From Phoronis australis (Eukaryota > Animalia > Phoronida): 64,000 nucleotides of DNA. The notes under the pieces were generated by a model. The model ran no database searches and was not told where the DNA came from. It saw only the letters and a program-made list of their open reading frames with translations. The position numbers were made by a program, and so were the translations under genes. Positions within the stretch are counted from its first letter, which is position 1. Each line of letters begins with the position of its first letter. The stretch is taken from assembly GCA_002633005.1 (NCBI GenBank), contig NMRA01000219.1:57236-121235 (forward strand), in the 5' to 3' direction. Shown piece after piece: positions 50,590 through 61,724 of the stretch.

Positions 50590-50736
50590 ATTATAGTATA
50601 AGATGATCACTTACTTAGAGACGTGGTAGATTGTTTGTAGACGTTTCGACCTGGTCCGCCAGGTCTTTGACAAAGGACGAAACGTCTGCAAACAACCTAC
50701 CACGTCTCTAAGTAGGTGGTCATCTTATACTACAAT
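50590..50736. repeat. Long inverted repeat (~59-bp arms), probable Penelope-type end
   Basis: 50590-50648 is the reverse complement of 50678-50736 with ~5 transitions; the spacer holds hairpin GACCTGG-TCCG-CCAGGTC. Confidence 0.85.
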
Positions 50737-51004
50737 CGTAAAGAGTTGTGGAGAACTGTGTATAAAGCATATTAGTTTTTGAATGTTTCATGTGAATCCT
50801 ATCAGCAATCTCTGAGATACGATGTTCCAAAGTCGGCTAAAATTGGACATGGTCCTAAATAACTTTAAAATTAAATACTTTTCCAAAGAGATGAATATTT
50901 TTGCGTCTCTATTTCCCGACGCAACCTGACTTATTCTCTTTCGATTTAGCGATTTTGACTTAAAATATGGCACACATGTTACCGCGCGTTCCTTTCGCAC
51001 TCAC

Positions 51005-51222
51005 CTGTTCGATCACAAAAACTTTGTAGTGTAGTTTTTGCCGTTGTAGCTTTGGATGTAGCTGCTTCATTAATATTTGCAAATGCTCCTTCCTGTTTCG
51101 ATATGGAATGATTATGGCTACACGTTGAGACGCAACACAGTCACTCGGTTTCCATTCGCCACCGAGAACGTTCAGGGATTTATTTAAGCCCCTGAGGTCC
51201 TTTATTACGGGACGTCTTCCTT
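51005..51222 (-). CDS. GT7 beta-1,4-GalNAc/galactosyltransferase, first recognisable catalytic exon
   Basis: GGEWKPSDCVASQRVAIIIPYRNRKEHL...LHPKLQRQKLHYKVFVIEQ|GTGAGT is the classic GT7 N-terminal catalytic motif. Upstream TM/stem exons not resolved. Confidence 0.95.
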
Positions 51223-52732
51223 CTGCAAGAATAGTAAAATATCTCTAGTACGGCAAGTCGATCTGGGAAGCCAGCGTGTTCTTTTGAGAACGAGTGCTTA
51301 GCAATCATTGCTGTAACGTGTACACGTGAATCCAGGAGTCGTTGAAAGAGCACATTCAGATAATAGTACAATGGTGCAACCCAACACGTTGCTTTGAGAA
51401 TGCGTGCATTGCACTGTTTTATACCTGTGCCTTTTGACCCTATCTTGCCCTGTGACAAAACGCCACCTTGAGTGGAAACATGATGAACGACACACGGAAT
51501 TCCGTGTGTGTGGGCATCAATGCGCATGCTTGGTGGGAAATTTATCGATCACATGACCACCACTTGCCCACGCCTTCAATGCACTGTACTTTTTGGGGTC
51601 GGGGTTCTCTTGATTTTGTTCACTTCAATGGCTGCTCGTTTTAATAAATTGCAAATATTCAACTCAAAGGTGGTTGCCATACTACGTAATAGTAAACTGA
51701 AAGGGGTTTGCCAAATTTCAACCGATGGTAATGACTGAATGTTATGACTTCGGTTTCATTACTTTAGCCAGTGAGAAGCCACGATAAACAGTATACCACA
51801 GTGCTACCTTTCGAAGCACTGTGAGTTGTAAACCTCGCTTTACAATTCACGCGCGAATGCAGAAGTCGTTGCTATAACATGCTGAGGTTACACACGGTGA
51901 TTCTCCCGAACAGGCCACAAACTTTTTTTCAGTAGAGGCAGGAACTTAGTTTCAAATTTATTTTAACTATTGAATTTGTATGTAAGTTGATGTTGAACGT
52001 TTTTTAATGCAAGTGTTTTCAGCGGCTTCAGCCTTTTTCCCGACGTTCGTTATATTTAGTCCAGTCAACAAGGATTGCCTAGTTGAGCTGAAAAGATCTA
52101 AGTCTAATTGAAGTAAAGGCTCAAGCACTTTTACAGTAGGTGCTTGAAATGTACACCGTAAGCATCTAAGTAAAACTCGACACGCCTTTCCAAACTGAAA
52201 AACACGTGCTGCTCTGCATCCGGCGAGCGCGCGAAAACAAAAATAATGTGCAAAGTTTCAGGTCAGTAGCCGCTCAATTAGATATGTTAGCCTATTTCGG
52301 GAAAATCCCCTTGTAGTACAATGGCCGTCAAAAACAAAGAATCTAGATTGTCATCTATTGTGGATATAGTCTAATACCAGAGGTGGAACAAACAGCCACG
52401 ATGAGAAGGATTTGTGATTCGCGTGTGCGTTCACTTGCCTTGAACAATAACGACTGCATTGCACTCTTATCAGCAATCCACTCACATGAACGAGTGCAAT
52501 GTACGCGATCCGAAAGAAATATTTTGGCATTCCATAATCGTTGTGGAAAACCAATGACAACGTCAGGTAGACCTTGGCGAGATCTACTCACAAAGCAAGT
52601 TTCTCTAAGATCCATCGAAGGGAGTCGGAGCTATAGTTTTGAAAACGGATAAATTGTAAACTATGATCACCACGGCGCCATCTTGCGTCCGATTTCAGAA
52701 CAAAGTGACTAGGTCTGATCAATTGACGAAGC

Positions 52733-52878
52733 GCGGATCCAGGATTTTGAGTTACTTTGAGTTAGGGGGGCAGAGGATTTTGCCCTTCAGAAACTCACAC
52801 GCCCGAAATGCCAAATGGAATCTGGGAGAATTTTAGGGTGGGCCATGGCCCCTTTGGCCCCGCTCTAAATCCGCCACT
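52733..52878 (+). mobile_element. Copy of the CAG-ended MITE family (left end trimmed)
   Basis: Matches 518-710. Confidence 0.8.
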
Positions 52879-52888
52879 ATTGTGGTTA

Positions 52889-53057
52889 CAGTGGCGGATT
52901 TAGAGGGGTAGAGGGGGGCCAAGGGGGCCATGGACCCCCTACAATTCTCCCAGATTCCATTTGGCAGTACGGGCGTGCGAATGTCTGACGGGCAAAATCC
53001 TGGCTCATACTCTGTCCTGCCCCCCGCCCCTAACTCAAAATTCTAGATCTGCCCCTG
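52889..53057 (-). mobile_element. Copy of the CAG-ended MITE family
   Basis: CAGTGGCGGATTTAG...GATCTGCCCCTG; perfect TSD GGTTA. Confidence 0.88.
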
Positions 53058-53495
53058 GGTTAGTCAAGCAAACAGAATATACGCAAAATTCACAGAGACG
53101 GGAACTTCGTATACGGTCTTTATTTCTCGACAAAATAGTGCCAGAGCACAGTTCCACTTGAAGTACACGACAGCCGGCCCAAGCATTGTCGCTCACTGCA
53201 ACACATATGATTAAGTTGGTATGAGCTTGGTAAATCGAGATTTGCAGTTTCTGCTATATTTTTCTTTTACACAATGGTAACTCACAACTTCGTGATACGT
53301 ATTAAAATGCACGCAAATTAAATTGTTTCCGAAAATTTAATGAACCGGGATTTGCACATCGATGCTACTAATAAAAATCCATTTAGCTCAGTTAGTATTA
53401 ATTCATCCTGTTTATGTAGTATGAATGTCCAGTCTCTACATCTGAAGATCAGGACAAAACGAAAGATGCTCAGTAACGTCATACATGTAGAACAA

Positions 53496-54048
53496 CAAGG
53501 GCCCTATTAGTAACCTGGGGCCTACTGGTGTAACCATGGGCCTATTGGTAACCAGGGGACTACTGGTAACCAGGGGCCTATTGGTAACCAGGGGACTACT
53601 GGTAACCAGGGGCCTACTGATATAACCAGAGGCCTACTGGTATAACCATGGGCCTATTGGTAACCTTGGGCCTATTGGTAACCATGGGTCTATTGGTAAC
53701 CAGGGGACTACTGGTAACCAGGGGCCTACTGATATAACCAGAGGCCTACTGGTATAACCATGGGCCTATTGGTAACCTTGGGCCTATTGGTAACCATGGG
53801 TCTATTGGTAACCAGGGGACTACTGGTAACCAGGGGACTACTGATATAACCAGGGGCCTACTGGTATAACCAGGGGCCTATTGGTAACCAAGGGCCTACT
53901 GGTATAACCAGGGGCCTACTGGTATAACCAGGGGCCTATTGGTAACCAAGGGCCTTTTGGTAACCAAGGGTCTTCTGGTAACCTGGGGCCCTATTGGTAA
54001 CCAGGGACCCTACTGGTAGCCAAGGACTCTACTGGTATCCAGGGGCCC
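53496..54048. repeat. Minisatellite of mixed 18- and 20-bp units
   Basis: GGTAACCAGGGG(C/A)CTA(T/C)T interleaved with GGTATAACC/GATATAACC variants; a higher-order block is repeated within ~53575-53840. Confidence 0.95.
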
Positions 54049-54691
54049 GTTTTATCCAAGGTCAGTAAAAGACTGTCGTAGCTTCAATTTTAATGTGAAA
54101 TCATTGACGTGACTGGCGAAGGCTGTATATAAGTTCGATCTAAAGCTACATTTTGCTGTGTTTAGCTGGCTACAAAATGAAAATCGAATTAGGTCTTTTA
54201 CTGCCTTTAATCGACAATGCATGCATGTTCCATTTTCCAAATCGCAGTTCTTGAGCAGTTGAAATGCTGGTGGCTTTGATGCTCTAGTTGTAACGACATT
54301 TCTTAAACCAGGCCTCAGTTCTGTAGATTTAATCCGTTTTTGGCCATAAACATGGCTTGCACGGTATGAAGCGTAATCAAACAGGCCTCGTATGCTTAAT
54401 CAAAACCTTGACCAGCAGGTCGGGTCCATTCTTTGACAATAGGGGGCGCTTGAAATTTCTCAGGTTGCTCTTGTGCGGCACTATACGAAAGCGATAGTGG
54501 CAATAGAACTTCCTTTCCATGGGGACCAAATGAAGTTTAATAAATATAAACATACACTATGTTTCATCAGAATGTACGACTCGTGATCTGTAGATACGGT
54601 ACGCAACGACATAAGCTGCTGTCGTCCCCAAACATAAAGCCTCATTCCAAGTAATATTATCTAAATGACTGAAACTCTATGTCATCATACA

Positions 54692-54697
54692 TTTATT
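54692..54697 (-). terminator. Candidate polyadenylation signal of the TSP1-TM-MTBD gene
   Basis: AATAAA on the minus strand ~50 nt after the stop at 54745. Confidence 0.5.
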
Positions 54698-54744
54698 TTA
54701 CAAATAAGACACCAAAAGTGTGAGTGAACGTCCGTGCATTGTCC

Positions 54745-56468
54745 TTACACTATATCAAAATAGTCCCACCTTGCTTCAGATGACAAGGCGCTGCTCTCAG
54801 AAGAATACACGGACTGGCCACTGGACTGGATATTTCTGTCCTTTTTCTTTCTCGTGCGCCCTTTTGAATGATGCTCTCTCAGCGCTTTAGCAGACGCCAA
54901 GAGGTCAGCCTGCCTCTTCCCTATAGCTGGTGTGGGCCTGTCATTCACTTGCAAAAGGCATTCCTCCGCCACTCCTATCGTCCACTGATGCAAGAATTGG
55001 GGGCCGGCACTAAGTCCCTTCACATCGTTTTCGGTGTATTTGTCGATAATATCTAGGACTCGCGATGCAATCTCTGGTGCTAAGTACGCAACTTTGAACT
55101 CTTTAATTCGTTTGAATAATCCAGGGTAGTCTTGTGACCACACCGTGCAGCACAATTGTCTACAAGCAGCCCAGTCGTATGTAGTAGTCTCGGCGTCACC
55201 AAGGATCAGCAAGGCGGCTATCACGACGTCGTGGATAATTCTTGGTGGCCGATCATACTCTCGAAGTTCGCCCAGTACAGCTCTGTCTAAGCTGAGAATT
55301 GCCTTTTTGAGCTTCTGAAATCTTTCCAAAGTTCCAAGCAGCTGTTTCGCTTTTTTTAGATCCTCTATTAACCTTACTGATACGTTCGCCCTTTCAGCGT
55401 CATGAATGGCCCTCTGCAATGGTTTGATTTTCCTTAAATATATCGCTCGCTCCAATCTTTTCTCGCAGATGTGAATTTCCAATTTCCTCTTTGCTTCTTC
55501 TAGAAGTCGTTGATCTGCTTGCACAGTGCCTTTCACGTCATGCAGAAAGGTCTCATACAATTGTATGCTGTCTTTTAGCTGCTTCGTATCTAATTTTTCT
55601 ACGGCATCGTGAAGGTCATTTTTGAGCTTTTCATGCTGTTCTTCGTTGTTACGGAGCGAGATAATTGACTCACATCTCTCCAATAGTTCACAATCAACTA
55701 AGACATACCCATCGTGGTCTTGACAAAAGTCCTCGTATGATTTCAGAGCTGTTGAGAGCTCTATAATGTTGGTAACATCCTTTGAGCAAGCTTCCTCCAA
55801 CTTTTCTTTCAGTTGTTCGTAATCTTCTGAAACTCGCCGTCCGTGAGCTTGTTCGGAAAGGAAACGCTCAGCCCTCTGCACAATTATTTTTTGTTTCGCA
55901 GTCAACCCCATTCCTGTCACGTAAATAAAATCGTCCAGTCCTGCAAGAATCCCTTTGATTGCCCCCTCTTCTCGATCCGCAATGGCCTCTAGGAGTTCGT
56001 TTAATAATTTCTTTACGTAGTTCTCTCGGCGCAACGTTGTCCGCATTTCGAACCACGTGGTGAGAGCTTCTCCTTGATCTATCAGTTTTCTGTCTGGGAT
56101 TGTAATAGGACCAGTAACCTGACAGAACTTGTTGTAGTGTGCCAGATAGATTTTCATATTCAGTTCGTCTTTGTTTGCAACGGCTCTCCTCAAGCCAAAC
56201 CTTATTTGTCCATGAATTCGTACCAAGTTCTGCAGTAAGATCTCCACTGGAGTGGGTGGTTTTGGTACACCTCCTCGTAGTCTGTCTTCCAAAGATGATA
56301 TCATGTGCAGGCTGCTATCGGACGGTATGATTACACGACCCGGCTCTGTTCCGTACTGTATTCTATATTCAATAAAAGTACGCCTGCGGCGACAGAAGAC
56401 GCACAATAGAATGGCAAGAAAAATTATCATGGTACTGATCGGTATGGCGATGAACATGGGCCAGTCCT
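54745..56468 (-). CDS. Uncharacterised single-pass membrane protein, last exon: TM + helical repeats + dynein MTBD-like domain
   Basis: 1724-nt open exon with CGTTTCAG acceptor; TM MFIAIPISTMIIFLAILLCVFC then RRRR; C-terminal AILSLDRAVLGELREYDRPP...LLILG...DW...LSAGPQFLHQW. Confidence 0.9.
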
Positions 56469-57788
56469 CTGAAACGATAAGAGCGGGGAAACACTAATTG
56501 GACTTTAAAAAATCATTATTTAAATTGTGGATGTATTTATAACGACTGACTCACAACCCGGTGAATAATCGCTATCACTTTAAGACTGATGTAAATTAAT
56601 TATGTAACTTTTCATGTAAATATTTACTTTGTGAAGGTTTTCTTTGGAGATTGACTCTGTTTACAAGCCGTTAATTTGTCTGGTTTGTAGCTAACGTCCA
56701 AAATATCATGTCACACTAATAATGGTCAAATTTGTTTCATGAACATGTCCGCCAGTGTTTTTAGGTTGATATGTATTCGAATTCTGTGAAAAAAACGTCT
56801 TGACTTAGACCACTGAGGTCCACTGTTGTTAAATCAGTTTTTCTTAAAGGACGTTTTCGGCTTTACGATGGAAAACACATTCTTTTGAATTATTGTTGAA
56901 TGCGATATACTTTTTGGAATTACTATCTTTAATCAAAACCATACAATAACAAAATCCGATGTTTTGTAATTTATTGCAAATGTGCCAGTTCTTGCCATTG
57001 TCTCTCAGTCGTGATATTCGTTGAAATCAAGGTCGGTAACTACTAGACAAACGAGCTTAAAATGTTACCCCAGCAGCGTGAAAGCGTTAGACTGCGACCG
57101 TTGGAATTAACTGCAGATTCCACGATTCCGGATCAAGCTGGTCAAGTCAGAAAATATATTTTTTTTCGTGGATAGTACCCTTTTTAGCACTGTCTGCACT
57201 TTCCGAGTTCTTGCGTACGACTTTTTAGTTCGAAAAGAAATGCCGACACACTTTTCTACGCACTCCGATTAGTTGTAGAAGACAGTGAAAAAGTAGTACA
57301 GTATAGAAAGGGTTTCACTTGGATTAAATTGTGTTATTTTTATCTGTTTTTACATTTATCTTTTTCATATGTTTATTCTTACTTAAGTAACACGATAATG
57401 CAAAAAGTGTATGGTTTTCATAAAGGCAAGCATTTCAGGCACAAATCAGTCAGTTTCCTGTCTGAATCACAAAATTAAAAGGAGTCCGTCTGCATTGAAT
57501 TTGACAAATTGATTTTTTGTAAAAATACATTATCAAGATTGTACTATTAAAAAAATCTGCTTTCAGGTGTTCAGTACACGCGAGACCATACATCCTTGCT
57601 AAATAGGGCTAAGCTGCGAAGCCGTGAAACTTTGAGTGACAGGTCATTAAAGGCCAACTGTTTGAACCTTGTCTCAAATTCCAACAAATTGTCATTTATT
57701 TTCAAGTCCAGACTTCACTTCTAAACGAGTAAGGAACACGTCGCGACCAGTTTTGTAACGGTGACTGGTCTAGATCAGCAACTCTTAC

Positions 57789-57938
57789 CGCTGTCCTCGT
57801 AGAGCAGTGTCTGCGCTTCAACGCTGCAAGGAGATAGCTGACTCTGGACTCTTGTACAACCGTCATCCGGGTTACACAAGCTGTATCTATGCTTCACGCC
57901 TTGCCTGCACGGGCCCCACTCACCCCACGTTGTAATGG
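57789..57938 (-). CDS. Same gene, TSP1-like ectodomain exon
   Basis: TTTCTTTTCCAG|ITTWGEWGPCRQGVKHRYSLCNPDDGC...SPC...EDS-G|GTAAGA; 150 nt, phase 1-1, in frame with 56468; WxxWxxC...GxxxR...C...C pattern. Confidence 0.82.
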
Positions 57939-58259
57939 CTGGAAAAGAAAATCAACTCCAAATTTTCACCTAATCTCGAACAATAGTGTTTAATCTGCGG
58001 TGCCGCGAGATGTTAGCCAAGGGAAAACTTTACTGAAATCTGCAGCTGTATCTTAGCAGTTGAGTAGGTTTCAGCTGTAAAACCGTTCGCTTTTAACAAT
58101 GTAAATCAGATTATACTTTTTTCTGCAGAATGAGCGTTGGTGGCTGCAACCTTTAAGTAAAACAATAGCATAGGAGGAATGTATCAAACCTAGTGGAATA
58201 TTTTGGACACAAAGACGTTTATATTTGGTGCATTTACCATGTCCAGCAAGTAAACTTAC

Positions 58260-58350
58260 GCTTGGTCATTCCAGTTGTTTCCTCTGGCTTTGCACTCGTG
58301 AGCGCCGGTGCTTGAAGGAGTCTGTCAGCCAATGAGCTTATTGGCGACAT
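58260..58350 (-). CDS. Possible upstream coding exon of the same gene
   Basis: Consensus GTAAGT donor below 58260; the phase-compatible frame gives MSPISSLADRLLQAPALTSAKPEETTGMTK(P), with an in-frame stop at 58405-58407. True 5' end uncertain; no signal peptide seen. Confidence 0.4.
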
Positions 58351-60769
58351 CTTTCTGTGGCGCAACAGTGGGAGACCGTGTGTGCACCAGGTGTTGGAAT
58401 GATGTCAACCAAACCAGACTAAACCAGCTCAAGTTATCTGTTCGAGAATACAATGCCGTTGACACTGTAATAAGACGGTTTTACCATAATGACAGCCAGA
58501 CTTCAATGATACTAAACATTCGGTTCTGTAAAACAATTCACGTAGCTAGTTCTAAAACATACATTTTAAAAGGATTTGGGAAGATGAGTACACTACGCCA
58601 TTAACTACTTTCATTTTATAGACTTATGTTTCTCCATCGAACTATGACCGAAGGCTTCGATCTCAATTTTACAAAAAAGCACCTCTTTTAACTAACCGAA
58701 TAAATAGGTCTTATCTGGTATAAAACGTAAACGGTTACCCTTACCTATGAATCAATCTAATCTAATCAATCAATCAAATCTAACCAGTAATCGAAAGTTG
58801 TAAAGACGTCGACAAAGTACGAAATGTCTTTGAAAGCGTAGTTGTCACTACCAACGGCAGTTGAACACGTAGTGACGACTTTTCTGACAGTGGATGACGT
58901 CATTGTTTTTTAGACGTTGATGCGTAAAGTTACGCACATAATTGTTACAAATACATAAAGTTTTCGCTTTTGACCTCTAAATATCTTGAACTTTCATTAA
59001 GATCGAATTTTTGCAAAGGTAAGGTTAGTCCAATATTATCTATTTAGTCATCCTAAGCATTAGTTCAAGCTTAGTCGGCAAATAAGTTTTACAGTGTAAT
59101 TCAAGGGGAAGCTCCATTTCACCTCATTGATATGCATACTCGACTAATTATCGGAACCCCAGGCTTAGAATTTTGCGTGATTTTCTTATTTTTGATCGAA
59201 ATCTAGTCACAAGGACCGATGAGTGAAAAAATAGATTGTTTTCATTTTCCGTCCCTTCCAATTTCTAATTCTCTTGCATGAACATGTGTGACAAGTGTTT
59301 TTGACAGAGAATTAAACGTGGCCTCTTCAACAACCCCGGAAACTTTCTTCATCTTAACACGACCCGCACCACTGGTCACCAGCAAGAGTTTTAAGCGCTC
59401 TCAATTGGTGGCAGTGCAGGTACGGCTTTCCATCAACATGTGCATGAAATAAGTCACGAGAGCACGTAGGTCAAGTCTTATCACTTATAATACAATATAC
59501 CAAACAATTGCAGTTACCTTCGGTTCCTGTATGAATCGACCAGAGTCTGTGAATTTGAAACCTGGCGTGTCCATTGAGCTGTCACAATCTGGACTCACGA
59601 CGTGGCGTCGTGGATATACGCAACATATCACTTCTCTTCCTTGGGACCCACTTTGATAACTAAGCTCCATGTGGTAATAGTCGAGTTTCAGGGAAATGTC
59701 ATAAAAGTAACACCGTAGAGAGTATTTGTTGCAGAACGTTTGGAAAGGACTTTAGTAACTTTTGCTTCACTATCAAGTGCGTTGGCTGAATACGTCTGTC
59801 AGAATTATCCATTTTATGGTATACCTTCAGCAGCAGTGCGTTCCGTCGGTAGACCAACTTTCTAGCGCGAAAAGCGACCTTGTGCAAGATCATACAAAAC
59901 CACGCGTGGGAAACTGAAGGCGAGTGTTTTGCGACTATGCTCAAGACCTTACTGGCACTCCTGGACAGATACAGAAATGCTTCGCCTTTTGCATGTCAAA
60001 ACTCGTCAACACTAAACTTTTATCAGATATAGCTATCGGTGCCTTCGAGGTTTTACTCGCTAGTTAAATAAATATTATTTAAGTATTAAATTATTTTATG
60101 TATGCTATACTGCTTCGTCCTCATTATTATATTGTTTGGATTCTCGGGTCAGTGACCCTCTTTGTTCTACGATTATTGGTTTAATTGTACCACGTGATCT
60201 ATTTGTCTTGTTGCAACACCGGGTCATCGTCCATAATTCTCTCCAATTTTCGAATTTTCAGTCAACTGTCTCCCACCTTTACAGCTCAACATATTGTATA
60301 ACTTTAGTATTTATCGATATCTGTAGTAGTTTAGTTTGTCATAATATATATGACCTTTTATCTCACCTACTCGTGTTGTTTCACTGTAAACTAGCTTCGG
60401 TATCGCTTCGCAGTTAGCGCACATAAAATTGTTTTTTTAGTTATTCAGAAACATGAAGCATTGAAAACTGTTATGTTTTTAACGCTAAGATATTTCTTTA
60501 CTTTTAAGTAAGATGATACGACAATAACAAACGTAAAAGTTTGCTATCGTCGTAGCACATATAGCGACTATAAAGCCGCCTTCCATCACAAAAACATTTT
60601 TTTCAATATCGCTGCATTTGACAACGCCTATTTCAAGTCAGATGTCCCGTTTAGCCATGTATAAGTCTTCGTAAGCCTTCCATTCTTCTTTTCTCTAGTT
60701 CATAATTACATTTTTGTGTTTAAAGTTACCTTACATATCGGTTAAATTTACCATATCTTGTAAATTATG

Positions 60770-60840
60770 TCCTCCCTCCCCTCCCCCCCTTCTCTCTCCC
60801 TCCCTCCCTTCCTTCCTTCCTTTCTCTCTCGCTTCCCCTC
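60770..60840. repeat. Low-complexity C/T tract
   Basis: Almost pure polypyrimidine (CCCT/CCTT/CT runs). Confidence 0.9.
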
Positions 60841-61724
60841 ACCTTTTAGTCAGATAACATCTCCAGCTACCTGTACCTTCATGCGCTGTAGCCCTTTTCA
60901 AACATTAATTGTTTCGTTTACGAGTGGACATACCTGACTGAAATGTCATATAATACGTGAACTACCAAATGAGGGTTGCATCTGGTTCGAGAAAGGTGTG
61001 TCAAAGGAGGCGGTATCTCAGGCAGGTGTTTAAATAGAGTATATAATTCTTCGTCCATGGACTGGTGGAAAATTTTTTCAATTCCAAACAGACATTAAAC
61101 CTTCCACTCATCTTGAAAGTCGCAGTCATCAATTGAACTTCGATTGCTAATTGTGCACAGAATTTGTCTGAGCTTGTCAGTGAGCTACAAGAAAACTAGG
61201 AAAGCTAGTTAACTTTCTGAAATATAATCAGGCCGTTGATAGTAACAATCTTTATTTCAGTACTCTGTTCGTCATCAGCACTTAATGAATTGTTCTAGGT
61301 TCAATCAGAATTGAATTGCATTTTCAAAAAACTGTTTCTTTTTAAAGGTTTTTTTGTTTTTCCTTAATTTCGAAAAATTTAAATCATTATGTATCTTGCT
61401 TTTGTGCGAAGTAAAAAATGTCAGACCCTTTTACTTTCACTTCAAACTAGCGTTTGGTCATCGAGGGCTCATAGCAATTCACCTGCTATCGATATCGATA
61501 CTACTGAACCATGCATTGGCCAGGGTTGAACGCTCGGTGTATGATATTCCAGTATAATAGTTTGTGTATGTAGGCCTCCGGTCACTACCTCAAAATTCTC
61601 ATTATTATGTGTAACACATGTAGCGATCATCTTTACAACCTTCGAGAATTTCAATGAAAAGTGCTAAATACAGTCATCTAAGACTAAACATTCTACAAAA
61701 GGGATCTCCGATTTTCAGCTTTAA

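Noticed and set aside
52246-52268. TGTGCAAAGTTTCAGGT resembling miR-87
   Set aside because: Mismatch falls in the seed and no hairpin partner is visible.
53496-54048. CRISPR array or collagen exon
   Set aside because: No unique spacers, eukaryotic context, and 20-bp units destroy any reading frame.
59485-59960. Possible further 5' exons of the TSP1-TM-MTBD gene
   Set aside because: Donor-like sites exist but I could not build a phase-consistent, stop-free chain or a signal peptide.
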